From an uncultured virus (IMG/VR IMGVR_UViG_3300038428_000082) (lineage: Duplodnaviria; Heunggongvirae; Uroviricota; Caudoviricetes), in the IMG/VR virus record IMGVR_UViG_3300038428_000082: DNA of 64,000 bases, one strand, 5' to 3'. Shown in pieces: positions 10,449-20,638 of the stretch. A model generated the notes under the pieces. It was not told the DNA's origin and did not search any database. It was given only the letters and a program-made list of their open reading frames with translations. The position numbers were made by a program, and so were the translations under genes. Within the stretch, counting starts at the first letter, position 1. The number at the start of each line of letters is the position of its first letter.

Positions 10449-11388
10449 TAGTAGAAACCTCCACATTCCAAGCTTTGGGCCACCACCCGCTGCCCAATAA
10501 CCTATCTTTTTTAGATGAATTACAAAATGTACATGCTGGCACCAAATTCCACAATGCATGTAACCCACCTTTACTTAGAGGGGTTAAATGGTCTACCGCT
10601 TCATATGGGTCATTGCAATAAATACACTTGCCTTCAAACTCAACCCGCATTCTGTGGGATATAGCCCCCACCGGAATTGGTTCTATAGAGGCCAAATTCT
10701 CAAAAGAACGGCGCTTAGCCCGTCTTTCGTGGTTAAACTCTTCTGTTCCCGTTCTTCCATGCTGATAAAAACGACAGTTCATTCCGCTATATATTAATTG
10801 GCGTAAACACCCGCATGATTGTGTAAGTCCTCTAACTAAATCTGCCGCTAGAAAAGATTTCTCCATTCCACAATCACAACGGCATAACCAGCGTGTTTGG
10901 TATTTTTTATCAATCACTCCTCTACTAATTACAGTAAGTCTACCAAATCTTCTGCCTACTAGATTGTTAAAATTTACCGGAGGCTCTTTTCGTATACATC
11001 CACAAGATGATACACTATCACTAGTTAATGCTGTAGTATTCGTTATCTTAGTTTTACCACATATGCAGGAACATTTCCATAGCTTCCTTTGGCTACCATC
11101 TCTATTAATTTTCATTTCGTCAGCCTTACTTATGACGGTCAATCTTCCAAACTGTCTGCCTGTCAAATCAACCGTGTTTTTTTCAAGGATAATCCTTTTC
11201 CTATAGCACCCACATGACTTTACTCTACCGTTCCTGAGCTTATAACCAACTGCTAGAATACTTCCTCCACAATCACAACGACATTCCCATAGGACGGATG
11301 TTCCCCATCGTTTATCAGTCTGGCGTATAACCGTCAGCATGTTAAACTTCTTACCTGTTAAATCGACAATGGGGCGTCCCATTTTCAT
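10438..11388 (-). CDS. HNH endonuclease with three Cys-rich repeats
   Basis: 3x L(T/V)GxxFxxLTV..WxCxCxCG..SCGC; C-terminal CIYC..DHLTPLSKGG.H..NLVPAC..CN. Confidence 0.85.
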   Translation of the reverse strand: MKMGRPIVDLTGKKFNMLTVIRQTDKRWGTSVLWECRCDCGGSILAVGYKLRNGRVKSCGCYRKRIILEKNTVDLTGRQFGRLTVISKADEMKINRDGSQRKLWKCSCICGKTKITNTTALTSDSVSSCGCIRKEPPVNFNNLVGRRFGRLTVISRGVIDKKYQTRWLCRCDCGMEKSFLAADLVRGLTQSCGCLRQLIYSGMNCRFYQHGRTGTEEFNHERRAKRRSFENLASIEPIPVGAISHRMRVEFEGKCIYCNDPYEAVDHLTPLSKGGLHALWNLVPACTFCNSSKKDRLLGSGWWPKAWNVEVSTNVN

Positions 11389-11390
11389 GT

Positions 11391-13265
11391 TTAATACCCT
11401 TCGGGTGCCATCTCGGGAGTCTTACCCCGAGTGTTGGCCTTCTCAGCATCCGTCTTGGGGTGAATGGGGTTCTTCCCCCCCGCTTCATTGGACGGGTTGT
11501 CAGCGGTGTCAGCCGTCTTCTTGCTGGCACGTACCGGCACTTCGCCGTGTGAAGATTCGTATTGGTAAATCATGCCATCATCACCGATGTAAAGATTGGC
11601 TTCACCGAAAACCTTGGAAGCTTTGGTGAGTTCATTCCCCGTTATGGGGTAGTCACCGTCCCAAAATCCGGCTCCGTGCCCATTGCGGGTCAGCCAGAAG
11701 TCATGAGCAACCTGTGGGAAAGATGCCCCATCCTCGGTCACTGCCCGATTGATGAGTTCCTGATTGTTGTTCTGAAACGCCTCGCAATCCTCCCGCATTG
11801 CCTCAACGGTCTCGAGAGCAAGGTCCTGCGGCCCGTAGTTCTTGTCTATAGGCTCGCCGCCCTGCGGGGTGCTCTCATCATTGCTGGACCATAGTGCGGT
11901 TTCGATGTAGGAATCCAAGAAGAAGTCCCCCGTGCGTGCCCGCTTGCGGGCGTAGCCCAACTTGGAGGCTATCGCCATTTCAGGCGGATGCATCATGGGA
12001 GCCGCTTCCTCCGCCCCGGCTTCCTCAATTTCGTATCCTCCCCGGCTGAGACCAATACCATTGGCTTGGTCATCCATAATCCAATCCAGAGCCTCATTCA
12101 TGCTGAATGGACCGGCCTTGATTTGACCATCCTGCTTGACTACCACACTTCCGTCTTGTGGCTCGGGATGCCCCGGAAAATCCGCCTTCTTGGAACCATC
12201 CTTCTCCTTGAACATCCGGCTGCGGTATTCCGGCGTCCACTCCAGTTCATCCTCGGGGACGGTTTCAACGCCGTCCAACATGGTGCCGACGTAATCCATT
12301 TGTCCCTGCATCTCCTCGTTGCTCATCGGCGTGCTGGGCATGGGTTTGACGGTATAAGGACCCTCTTTGTAGTCGGCCTTCTTGGTCCCGGTGCCCTCAT
12401 CCGACTTGGGAACTTCTGCTCCCACGGCGGGCTTCTTATAGTCCTTGTCGGCGGCATCCTCCGGTGCCTTGGTCTTGGTCAAGGCTCCGCCGAGAGCATC
12501 CTCCAGTGCTTGGAAGGCGTCCATCTCCGCAGGCTCAAGCTGTTCCTTGGCGATAGCGTCCGCCGTCTTGGCGGTGAGGAAAATGCGCTTCTTGCTGCTT
12601 GCCGCCTTGAGCAGTTCCGGGTAGGCCCGGAAGGGACTTTCCGTAATGGCCGGGTAGGTCAGCTTCGGCGTGATGTCGGTGACATCCAGCTTCCACGTGT
12701 CCGCCGTGGTCATCAAAGCATCGAACCCACTGGAGACCGCAGGGTTGTAATAGACGCAGAATACCAAGTGACGGAGGAGGTTACGGAGCTTCTCTTCGTC
12801 ATCGGTGAACTGGAAGGCCACGTACTCCCGGATTCCCACCCAGTTGGGGGCAAAGAGGATAAGGGATACTTCCTTACCATCCTCGGTGGTGAATGCCTTC
12901 TCCTTGAGGGAGGTGAGATGAGCTTTGACATCTTCCTCTTCATCGAACTCACTGCCGGTCTGCATGGCGATAAGGTCCGCCGCCTCGCTGCCGAGATTGA
13001 GCAATTTCACCACTGTCCCGTAAAGGAGGGCAATAGGGAAATCCTTGGGCTTAGAACAAATACTTGCAGGAATAACGAATAGACGACCTATGGAAATGTT
13101 CTGTCGGAAACCAAGGTAGAAAAGTTCAAAAGAGATAACATCTCCAGAAGAACGGGCCTTCTTTTCTCCTTGAACGGTTGCCTCAGTGACCTTCTGGAGC
13201 AACTCCTCGCTTACTTGAAAGCTCTGAAAACTCTTTGCGTTTATGCTATTGCCGCTAACTGGCAT
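11391..13265 (-). CDS. large hypothetical protein, probably virion-associated
   Basis: 624 aa; shares the ADTADNPxNExGG..PKTDxEK module with 7422..10448; contains an HDFWLTRNGHGAGFWD block. Confidence 0.7.
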   Translation of the reverse strand: MPVSGNSINAKSFQSFQVSEELLQKVTEATVQGEKKARSSGDVISFELFYLGFRQNISIGRLFVIPASICSKPKDFPIALLYGTVVKLLNLGSEAADLIAMQTGSEFDEEEDVKAHLTSLKEKAFTTEDGKEVSLILFAPNWVGIREYVAFQFTDDEEKLRNLLRHLVFCVYYNPAVSSGFDALMTTADTWKLDVTDITPKLTYPAITESPFRAYPELLKAASSKKRIFLTAKTADAIAKEQLEPAEMDAFQALEDALGGALTKTKAPEDAADKDYKKPAVGAEVPKSDEGTGTKKADYKEGPYTVKPMPSTPMSNEEMQGQMDYVGTMLDGVETVPEDELEWTPEYRSRMFKEKDGSKKADFPGHPEPQDGSVVVKQDGQIKAGPFSMNEALDWIMDDQANGIGLSRGGYEIEEAGAEEAAPMMHPPEMAIASKLGYARKRARTGDFFLDSYIETALWSSNDESTPQGGEPIDKNYGPQDLALETVEAMREDCEAFQNNNQELINRAVTEDGASFPQVAHDFWLTRNGHGAGFWDGDYPITGNELTKASKVFGEANLYIGDDGMIYQYESSHGEVPVRASKKTADTADNPSNEAGGKNPIHPKTDAEKANTRGKTPEMAPEGY

Positions 13266-13918
13266 TTTGATTCTCCTTCTTCCGCTATGGAAAAATTAAC
13301 TTGTGCCATATGCGGACATCTTCCGAAAAACGATTTTGCACTATTGCAGTTAAAACATAATAGTTGATAGGTGTCTTTTGGGAACCGCTCTTTGATGAGC
13401 CGCTGGTAAAGCGAGGCTCCAATTTTTTTGTTTCCAAACAACTTCCTAAGTTTAGACCCATCATTGTTTATATGGTCAAGAGTCAGAAACTCAGGGGTTG
13501 TAATTTCACATCCGGGACATGAGCACCTACCTCCATAACCTTTTATTATTTGGAGTTTTAGGTTAAAATGCCATTCTTTATGGCGAAGTCTAGAAGACTC
13601 AGCACAGCTATTGCAGTAAACTTTATTACGGTCTGAGACAGGGGCGTAACATCGCCTACAAAGTCCTTGTTTTATAAGCTTAGTTTGTCGTATCCTCGCA
13701 TTTTTGTTTTTCATGTCCAAGTGTACCTGACAATGAATTTTACCCGGCTTGGCTAAGTTTGAACATGCTGTGCATAATCCAGCCTTCACCCGTTCTTCTT
13801 TTACCGCTTTATTCTTGTCCTTACATCTTTGACAGGAAGTTTCACCAATAATAGCGGTCTGACCACATCGACCGCAGAGTCCCGCAGCTATATTCTTCCT
13901 GTAACGTTCCTTGGTCAC
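13241..13918 (-). CDS. Cys-rich HNH-like endonuclease
   Basis: Tandem GLCxxC repeats; LTLDHINNDG..LLCFNCN. Confidence 0.75.
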   Translation of the reverse strand: MTKERYRKNIAAGLCGRCGQTAIIGETSCQRCKDKNKAVKEERVKAGLCTACSNLAKPGKIHCQVHLDMKNKNARIRQTKLIKQGLCRRCYAPVSDRNKVYCNSCAESSRLRHKEWHFNLKLQIIKGYGGRCSCPGCEITTPEFLTLDHINNDGSKLRKLFGNKKIGASLYQRLIKERFPKDTYQLLCFNCNSAKSFFGRCPHMAQVNFSIAEEGESKCQLAAIA

Positions 13919-13929
13919 CCTATTTCCTC

Positions 13930-14550
13930 CTACCGTCTTTTCAAATTCCCCAATTGCAATATATCCCTTCGTAGAGCGGGTTCTTTAATTTCAGAAATAT
14001 CACGAAAATTTTTCATTACACCGTTTCTCGCCTCTTCATGAACACCCGCCGCTTTCATAGCCTCGGTAAACCATGCGAGTAAGGTTGAGGTATAAAAACC
14101 CACCTTGGGACCGTCAAAGTTGAAGATGTCCCGCTTGCTGAGAGCTTCCGTGTCCATAATGGACGCCCGCTCTTCTTTGAGACCCTTGACCGCTTCCGTG
14201 TAAGTCCGTAGCTTCCACGACTCACTCATAGTGGCATCGTTACGAAGCTTGACCAACCCGGCGCTGACATCGTGAATGACCTGTGTGATTAAGCGGCAGG
14301 TCTCGGAAGGGTCAGCTTCGGGGTCCCGGAGCATATCCCGGACTTTGTCCATTAGGGTCATATCCTCTGGTGCCTTGAGACTCTCTACAATTTGACCATT
14401 GGATAGGACCTTAACGTCCAAAGATACGGGAGCCTTGAAGTTTCCAGCCTCATCGAAGTCGATGGGCTTTATCTCTGCCGTGGATTCCACCTTGGCTTCC
14501 ACTGGCTCCTGTGGTTTTTCCATCTCCGGTATTGTTCCCAACTCTTCCAT
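13930..14550 (-). CDS. hypothetical protein
   Basis: 206-aa ORF coupled to its neighbours. Confidence 0.65.
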   Translation of the reverse strand: MEELGTIPEMEKPQEPVEAKVESTAEIKPIDFDEAGNFKAPVSLDVKVLSNGQIVESLKAPEDMTLMDKVRDMLRDPEADPSETCRLITQVIHDVSAGLVKLRNDATMSESWKLRTYTEAVKGLKEERASIMDTEALSKRDIFNFDGPKVGFYTSTLLAWFTEAMKAAGVHEEARNGVMKNFRDISEIKEPALRRDILQLGNLKRR

Positions 14551-16196
14551 TAGATATCTCCTGCTGTGGGCACATTGCCTATCTCTACATCAAGCCGCTC
14601 GGGGGTGTTGTATTCGATATCCCCCACCTCACTCCGGGAAGTCAAGTCATACTCTTCCATGAGCTTCTTGGCATCGGTGGGAGCCTTTGCCGAGGCTACC
14701 TTTCCCGTCTTTTCCATACCGGGGAAGGATACCAAGGTTCCGCCCGTCAACCCGCAGTGCATATCTTGCCGGTAGACGCAATCGGCGCACTTGACCGCTC
14801 CGATGATGGCGTTGTTGACCGCAAGCTTCTGCTTAAGGAGTTTGCAGTCGATTTGAGAAAGGGCAATCTTGAGGCCCTTCGCCTTAAGAGAGGCGACGAA
14901 TTCCTTGATTGCTCTCCCGGCGTGTACCGACCCTATCTTATTGATACCATGCTGGTAGATGGACTCAAGGGACTTTCCTTCCTTGTGCATCTTTTCAATG
15001 GTAGCGACAGTGAATGGAGCGGAGGCTGTCTTGTGCTGTTCTTCCCTCTCCACCCGTAGGCTCTCTATGGTCTTTGCCGAGGTCTTCTGAACCTGACGGT
15101 TGGCAAAGTGCTTGGGTTCTACCCGCATACCATCCCGGTTGGCAAGAGCGACCAAAGCCGCTTTCTTGGACCCGGCTGGCACGCCTGCGGTCAGCCGGTT
15201 GACAACCGTGGCAAGCTCCTTGGCATTTGCTACCACGGGTAGGTGGTAGAGGTTGCAAGTCTTGGCCTTAAAGAAAGCGCAGCCCTCGCACCCGGCTACC
15301 TTCTTCACGGAGGCGGCACGGGGCTTGATTCCTGCGGCTTTCCAAGCGTTGAACTGCCGGACGCAGTCGGCGGAGCTTACCGGTCGAGACCCCTGCTTGG
15401 GGATGGTGAACACCGGCTTGGAGCATTCCGGGCAGAGCGCTACGGCGTCCCGGAACTTCGGCTTGACTTCCTTGTTGCAGTGACGGCAGAAGTTCTTCTT
15501 TTCCGAGGCGATGACTTGGTTGTTCTTCTCGTAGGCCGGGCTTTCCATGTCCATCTGGGAGTTGGGGAGGAAACCCTCGGAGGAACCGGGTTCCATGTAG
15601 GCGAGGCCCAGAACCCCGGCGTTATTATTCAGATAGGACATCCCCATGTTGTCCTTTTTGTCCAGAAGCTCGATTTCAGCGACTTTCTGAACAAGGGCGG
15701 CAACCCGTGCGGGCGGCGTTCCTTGATTGAGGAGTTTCTTCACATAGGCAAGGATTTCGGCGTCAGACCGGTTACGGTTGGCGACCCCTTCCCGTCCATG
15801 CTCATCCTTGGAGGTTGCTTCACTGTGGGCCTTCTCGAAGTCCATGGTGATTTCATCGAATAGAGATTCATCGCTGCCCCGTTCATTCTTGTAGTCCTCG
15901 GCATGAGTGGCGAGCCGGGTCCTTCCCGTTTGTCCGGCACCCAGCCGGGGGAGGGCCGCTTCCTTCTCTGCCATACGGTTGAGGAGCGTGGCGGACTTAG
16001 AGTCGGACGGAAGTTCGGTATGCTTGGACTCCCCGGCGAGGTCGTCAAGGAAACTCTCATCAACGTACTGCTGGGTACGGTCCTGTTGCTCCTCGCCAGA
16101 CTTTACGGCGTCCTTGAGACCGACCAAATCCCAGTCGGGTTTCCGGTCTGAGAGAAATTCGTCAATGATTGAACTATAAACCTTTTGTTGTGCCAT
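14550..16196 (-). CDS. hypothetical protein with two CxxC..C clusters and a zinc ribbon
   Basis: 548 aa; GCEGCAF..CNL, KCADCVY..HCGL, CRHC..CPEC. Confidence 0.7.
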   Translation of the reverse strand: MAQQKVYSSIIDEFLSDRKPDWDLVGLKDAVKSGEEQQDRTQQYVDESFLDDLAGESKHTELPSDSKSATLLNRMAEKEAALPRLGAGQTGRTRLATHAEDYKNERGSDESLFDEITMDFEKAHSEATSKDEHGREGVANRNRSDAEILAYVKKLLNQGTPPARVAALVQKVAEIELLDKKDNMGMSYLNNNAGVLGLAYMEPGSSEGFLPNSQMDMESPAYEKNNQVIASEKKNFCRHCNKEVKPKFRDAVALCPECSKPVFTIPKQGSRPVSSADCVRQFNAWKAAGIKPRAASVKKVAGCEGCAFFKAKTCNLYHLPVVANAKELATVVNRLTAGVPAGSKKAALVALANRDGMRVEPKHFANRQVQKTSAKTIESLRVEREEQHKTASAPFTVATIEKMHKEGKSLESIYQHGINKIGSVHAGRAIKEFVASLKAKGLKIALSQIDCKLLKQKLAVNNAIIGAVKCADCVYRQDMHCGLTGGTLVSFPGMEKTGKVASAKAPTDAKKLMEEYDLTSRSEVGDIEYNTPERLDVEIGNVPTAGDI

Positions 16197-16197
16197 C

Positions 16198-16896
16198 TTA
16201 TACCGCCTCCACTCCCTTGTTTCCTCTTGGACTTAGTTTTCTCACTTCACGCATCCTAATAGCAAGAGATTCCCTTTGTTCATCGGACCACACTCTATGG
16301 GAATGAGCTTCAACCATCTTCTTTCTAGTTTCATTCGAGTGGTGTCTTCCTAACATTGGCGACCTTATTCCTTTCAACTTCCTTGTTTCAGCCCGTTTTT
16401 TCAAAGCATCTGTTGTGGGCTTTATACCTAAATGACTGAGTCTCAACCTCTCTCGTGTTTTCTCCGAAGCTTTACTCCCCAAACGTCCTTTTCTTTTTGC
16501 CATCTTTTCCCGGAAATCTGGTCGTTCCCAAATTTCTTTCATGATACGGCTTTGGTTAATTCCAAAAGATGGGTTATGTGGTCCCGTAAACCCCTCCCCT
16601 CCCCGGCAGATGTTATATCCATACTCGGGGTCTTGCGCCCGCAAAAACCGAATGAACTCCCGTTCGCACTCATCAAGCTCCTCACGGGTCTGGATATCCG
16701 AACGAAGGGCATGAATGGACCAGACTTGGGGGTCCGGGTGCTTGCGCATGGAAGCGAATAAATAAGAACCACCCTTTCCTTCATTGTGTTTTGCAGCGGA
16801 CAACTTCCGTTGCAAGTAAGCCCTTAGATTCCTTCCTTTATGCTGACCGACATAGTACTTTCCAGTCTTATGATTAACAATCAAATAGATAAACAT
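16198..16896 (-). CDS. GIY-YIG endonuclease with NUMOD3-like tail
   Basis: FIYLIVN..YYVGQ, GYNI, GRHHSNETRKKM. Confidence 0.85.
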   Translation of the reverse strand: MFIYLIVNHKTGKYYVGQHKGRNLRAYLQRKLSAAKHNEGKGGSYLFASMRKHPDPQVWSIHALRSDIQTREELDECEREFIRFLRAQDPEYGYNICRGGEGFTGPHNPSFGINQSRIMKEIWERPDFREKMAKRKGRLGSKASEKTRERLRLSHLGIKPTTDALKKRAETRKLKGIRSPMLGRHHSNETRKKMVEAHSHRVWSDEQRESLAIRMREVRKLSPRGNKGVEAV

Positions 16897-16947
16897 TTGA
16901 ACTCTCCTTTAATAACACTGTGGAAAGTCCATTTTTACTTTACAAGG

Positions 16948-17244
16948 CTAAAAGGTTAAATCTCCCAATATTTCATCCATAAAACCAGCCGGATTGTCTT
17001 CCGGTGCAGCCGGGAGATGGTCACCGTTATCAACCTCATCTCCTACCAGCCGAACAATTTTGTTGCCCCGTATCTGCCAGAAGTCCTTGCTGCTTTCGCA
17101 GATGAACGTGTTCCCAGCACAGCGGGAAAGCCCGAGAGAGGCAGCTTTACGCAACAACTCCCTCGGGATTCCCGAGGAGGGTAGAAAGTTGAAAAGCCTT
17201 GATGTTTCTAGTCCAAAGGGCACTTGCATCCGCAGCTTACCCAT
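16948..17244 (-). CDS. hypothetical protein
   Basis: AGGAGAG RBS; first gene of the minus-strand block. Confidence 0.6.
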   Translation of the reverse strand: MGKLRMQVPFGLETSRLFNFLPSSGIPRELLRKAASLGLSRCAGNTFICESSKDFWQIRGNKIVRLVGDEVDNGDHLPAAPEDNPAGFMDEILGDLTF

Positions 17245-17488
17245 GACACTCTCCTATTAGATGGGGTAGGTAGTTAAAATTTCGGTTTTTTACCCCAATT
17301 TCGAGGTATACTGTAAGTGGGAAGATGTTTTCCGGGCTGCTTGGCAGTCCGTGGAAAGGAGGGTGAAACTTTATGCGCCTCTGATGCGTCTAAGGAATTG
17401 CCGATTTTTCCATGATTTCTCTGGTATTATTATTAGCCGGGAGTGTCTTTATTCCCCGGTATCCACTATTAGCTTGGGAGGATTGAGT

Positions 17489-18229
17489 ATGGAAATTACT
17501 CGCAAGGGTCCACCTATCATTAGGCTTGTTCCCGAGGAGTACCCGCCTGAAATCAATGAGTTGCTCTCGCTTCTAGCTCCCTTTTTGATGAAGCTTAAGC
17601 AGCAGCTTAAAGATGAAGTCAAGGCCGAGGTTCTCAACGAATTGACCGGTTTGGTTAAAACCCCCACACCGGCCATCATATCCGATTGGCATTTTGGACC
17701 CATTGTGGAGGAAGTTGTACCCACCCCACCTGTTGTTCTTCCGGGCATTGTGCCTATACAGATTCCCGAGGCAGCACCAGCCGTTCCGCCTGCCCCAACC
17801 CCGGAGCCGGTAATTGAAGTTACTCCTGAACCGGTGATAGAGGTTCCCCCTGAACCAGTGGTGGTCCCGGAGCCGGTGGAAGAAACCGTCCCCGAGCCGC
17901 CGCCTGCTCCATGGACTCAGCCGGGTGACCCACCGCCGCCACAACCACCGCCTGAGAAACCCAAGCGGGGTAGGAAACCCACGAAAGTCAAAGTGCCTAA
18001 GCCGCCCCGGAAGGGTGGTCGTCCGGCGACCTACAAGAGCGACACGGAGAGCGTTCATTACAAGTGCCGTAAGTTGTGGGCGCAGGCAAATCTTCTGCGC
18101 AAGAACAAGGGGCTTCCTCCTATTCCCAAAGCGGAGTTTGAAGCTACCTATTACCTCAAGCATCCTCCAGAGACGGGACAGGTTCCCAAGACGGAACCGG
18201 TCGCACCCGCTCCTCTGGAGGATGGCTAA
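17489..18229 (+). CDS. Pro/Glu-rich protein with AT-hook-like KRGRKP and a C-terminal domain shared with 3542..4333
   Basis: PEPV repeats; HYKCRKLWAQANLLRKNKGLPPIPKAEF; GGAGG RBS. Confidence 0.65.
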   Translation: MEITRKGPPIIRLVPEEYPPEINELLSLLAPFLMKLKQQLKDEVKAEVLNELTGLVKTPTPAIISDWHFGPIVEEVVPTPPVVLPGIVPIQIPEAAPAVPPAPTPEPVIEVTPEPVIEVPPEPVVVPEPVEETVPEPPPAPWTQPGDPPPPQPPPEKPKRGRKPTKVKVPKPPRKGGRPATYKSDTESVHYKCRKLWAQANLLRKNKGLPPIPKAEFEATYYLKHPPETGQVPKTEPVAPAPLEDG

Positions 18230-18273
18230 TTACCTTAAAACAAGAGACTTAGGGTAAAATCAAACAAGCTCCA

Positions 18274-19110
18274 ATGAAGGTTGTTTTTGCTCCCACCGTA
18301 CCTCCACCCGAGGGAGCGGTGGTAGCTACTCAAGACGGGTATACGGGGGACATCATTTACATTGCCAAAGACGGGCACTACATCGGGGATGATGGTTTCG
18401 TAGTTCCCAAGAACTTTGTGGAGTTCTACGAGCGGTTCCCGACCATGGTTCGCAATTGGGTCAAGAAGCGCCTGTCCACTCAGCCGAACAATGAAGTAGA
18501 GGATTGGACACAGGACCTTCTTATCCACCTACAATCTCTTCCTGACGAATCCAAGCACCGGGATGCGGGCAAGACAGACCTTGTGCAGGTGTTCGACCCC
18601 TTCCGTCAGTATGGAGCGAGCGAGCGCCGGTTCCGTCACTTCCTGAACGTGTGCCTCATGCGGAAGTTTCTCACAGTGGGAAGCAAATTCTTCCGCAACC
18701 CCTTGAGCCGTATGGATAACGTGTCTTTGTCGGCAGCGGAACAGGACGAATTCATCATGCAGTCGGGTGGTGTGGACGAGTACGTCTACAAGAATTCCAC
18801 CGAGCTTTCCTTGGGCACTGATAAGGAAGCCAAATCGCAGGACGACCAAATGTTTACCGGGGAGTTCATTGACTTTGTTGTTGATAGGAACCCGGAGGTT
18901 GCCCCGCTTTTGACCGCCGTTCTTCGCTCCGGGGGCAGCTTTGCGGATACCCGGCGTTTTTGGTGTACCACCTGTGACTGGTTGGCGACCGAGAAAGAAG
19001 TCCAGTCCGGCTTGCATTCTGGTCACCAGCTTGGTATTGACCAGAAGGAGTTCAATCGGTTCCGGGGGCGTCTCAAAGAGCTTGCCGGACAGTTTGTGAG
19101 AGAGGAATAG
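18274..19110 (+). CDS. putative divergent sigma-factor-like protein
   Basis: EVEDWTQDLLIHL..FDPFRQYG..RFRHFL resembles sigma70 region 2 (EDLxQE..FDPxRG..F); C-terminal LGIDQKEFNRFRGRLK is HTH-like. Confidence 0.4.
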   Translation: MKVVFAPTVPPPEGAVVATQDGYTGDIIYIAKDGHYIGDDGFVVPKNFVEFYERFPTMVRNWVKKRLSTQPNNEVEDWTQDLLIHLQSLPDESKHRDAGKTDLVQVFDPFRQYGASERRFRHFLNVCLMRKFLTVGSKFFRNPLSRMDNVSLSAAEQDEFIMQSGGVDEYVYKNSTELSLGTDKEAKSQDDQMFTGEFIDFVVDRNPEVAPLLTAVLRSGGSFADTRRFWCTTCDWLATEKEVQSGLHSGHQLGIDQKEFNRFRGRLKELAGQFVREE

Positions 19111-19117
19111 GGGGCGT

Positions 19118-19366
19118 ATGCGGCTCTGCGAAGGCTGTGAGCGAGGCAACCACTTCATGTGTGTGGGGCATTACTGCGAATGTGATGACGCAGAGTGCAA
19201 CGCCATAATGACCGGGCACGTGGTATGCCCGCCTTGTAAAGAAGGCAAGCACATTGATTGCCTTGGGCATAATTGCCATTGCCAGCATTTCAGGTGGAGA
19301 GTCTTTACTTGTGCGGAGTGTCAGGCTTACGGGAAAGGTGGAGAAAATGAATTGAATATTCATTGA
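19118..19366 (+). CDS. small Cys/His-rich protein
   Basis: Two CxxCxxGxHxxC..CxC repeats. Confidence 0.55.
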   Translation: MRLCEGCERGNHFMCVGHYCECDDAECNAIMTGHVVCPPCKEGKHIDCLGHNCHCQHFRWRVFTCAECQAYGKGGENELNIH

Positions 19367-19808
19367 CCTTGACGGTGTCGTGGTGGACTTCGACCGCTAC
19401 AAGCGGGAACACGGCAAGCCGGGTGAGTGGATTAAGATGCAGCCGGGGGCGTACCTCGCTATGGAGGAAATCCCCGGAGCCGTCGCCGCTATCCGACATC
19501 TTGCCAAGATGGGATACGAACCCATCATCGCTACCAAGCCGCCTACGGGCGTGTCGCACGCCTACGCTGAGAAGGCGCAGTGGGTGTTGAACCACATGCC
19601 TGAGATGCAGCGTCACATCATCCTGACGCATGACAAGGGCCTGCTCGGCGACCATGGGGACTTCCTGATTGATGACCGGCCTCACAAGGCGAACTGCACC
19701 ACCTTCAAAGGCAAGTTGCTCATCTTCTGCGAGAACTTTGAGTGGGACCAAATCATTGATTACTTCATTGCCATCCTGATGGCGGAAGCCAAACGGGGTA
19801 AGGACTAA
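19347..19808 (+). CDS. HAD 5'(3')-deoxyribonucleotidase-like protein, with in-frame TGA at codon 3
   Basis: MN*IFIDLDGVVVDF (DxDG motif), EKAQWV, DFLIDDRP. Confidence 0.75.
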
Positions 19809-19810
19809 TT

Positions 19811-20506
19811 TTGAAAACCCACATCCTCGTAGTGTTAGATATCCATGTCGGTTCTCCTGTAAGCCGGGCGAGAGAACTCATAGAACTTCTGGATAAGGTG
19901 GAGTTCGACACCTTGTTGATAGATGGCGACCTGTTTAATGACCTCGCTTTCACCCGGTTGACAAAGGAGGATTGGAAACTCCTATCCTATCTTCGTAAGC
20001 TAACCAAGCACGCCAAGGTCATATGGGTGAAAGGAAACCACGATGACCCTGTAGCAGAGGTTGTAGCCCACTTGCTCGGCATAGAGCTTGTGCAGGAGTA
20101 TGAATGGGAGGAAGGCGAGGAGAGATACCACGCCGAGCATGGCGACCGCTTTGACCACTTCATCAACAAGTATAAGACTGTCACTAACGTGGCGTGCGCT
20201 ATCTACTTCACGTTGCAGATGATGGATAAGAAGACTCATCGGTTCAGCCGGTTCGTCAAGAAGGTTAGCAAGAAATGGCTCCGCCTGTCTACGGAGGTTG
20301 CCACGAAGGCTCTGGCCTACGGGGAGATGAGGGGACGGCACATCATCTGCGGTCATACCCACCGGATAAGTAAGAAAAAGGGGCAGGTCATGTATTACAA
20401 CTCCGGGTGTTGGATGGACATCCCCAGTACTTTTCTTACTGTTGATAAGCACGGTGTGCGGATGTACAACGTGGACAAGGATGGGGGGATTGAGGAGGAG
20501 AAGTGA
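19811..20506 (+). CDS. metallophosphoesterase (LpxH-like family)
   Basis: DIHVG, GDLF, GNHD, HGD and GHTH motifs. Confidence 0.8.
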   Translation: MKTHILVVLDIHVGSPVSRARELIELLDKVEFDTLLIDGDLFNDLAFTRLTKEDWKLLSYLRKLTKHAKVIWVKGNHDDPVAEVVAHLLGIELVQEYEWEEGEERYHAEHGDRFDHFINKYKTVTNVACAIYFTLQMMDKKTHRFSRFVKKVSKKWLRLSTEVATKALAYGEMRGRHIICGHTHRISKKKGQVMYYNSGCWMDIPSTFLTVDKHGVRMYNVDKDGGIEEEK

Positions 20507-20638
20507 GTAGGCGACCAGTGTGCCATTATTGTAAGAAACCCCTCAGCGGAAATATTAAGACTAAGATACACCGAAGGGGGAAGAAACAAAAGTTGTAACC
20601 TAAAAATGAACTATAAACCCCCTTTGTATGGGGGTTCT

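Noticed and set aside
11988..13082. Long antisense ORFs (also 21739..22764 and 27487..28209)
   Set aside because: They are shadows of GC3-rich sense genes and have no RBS or motifs.
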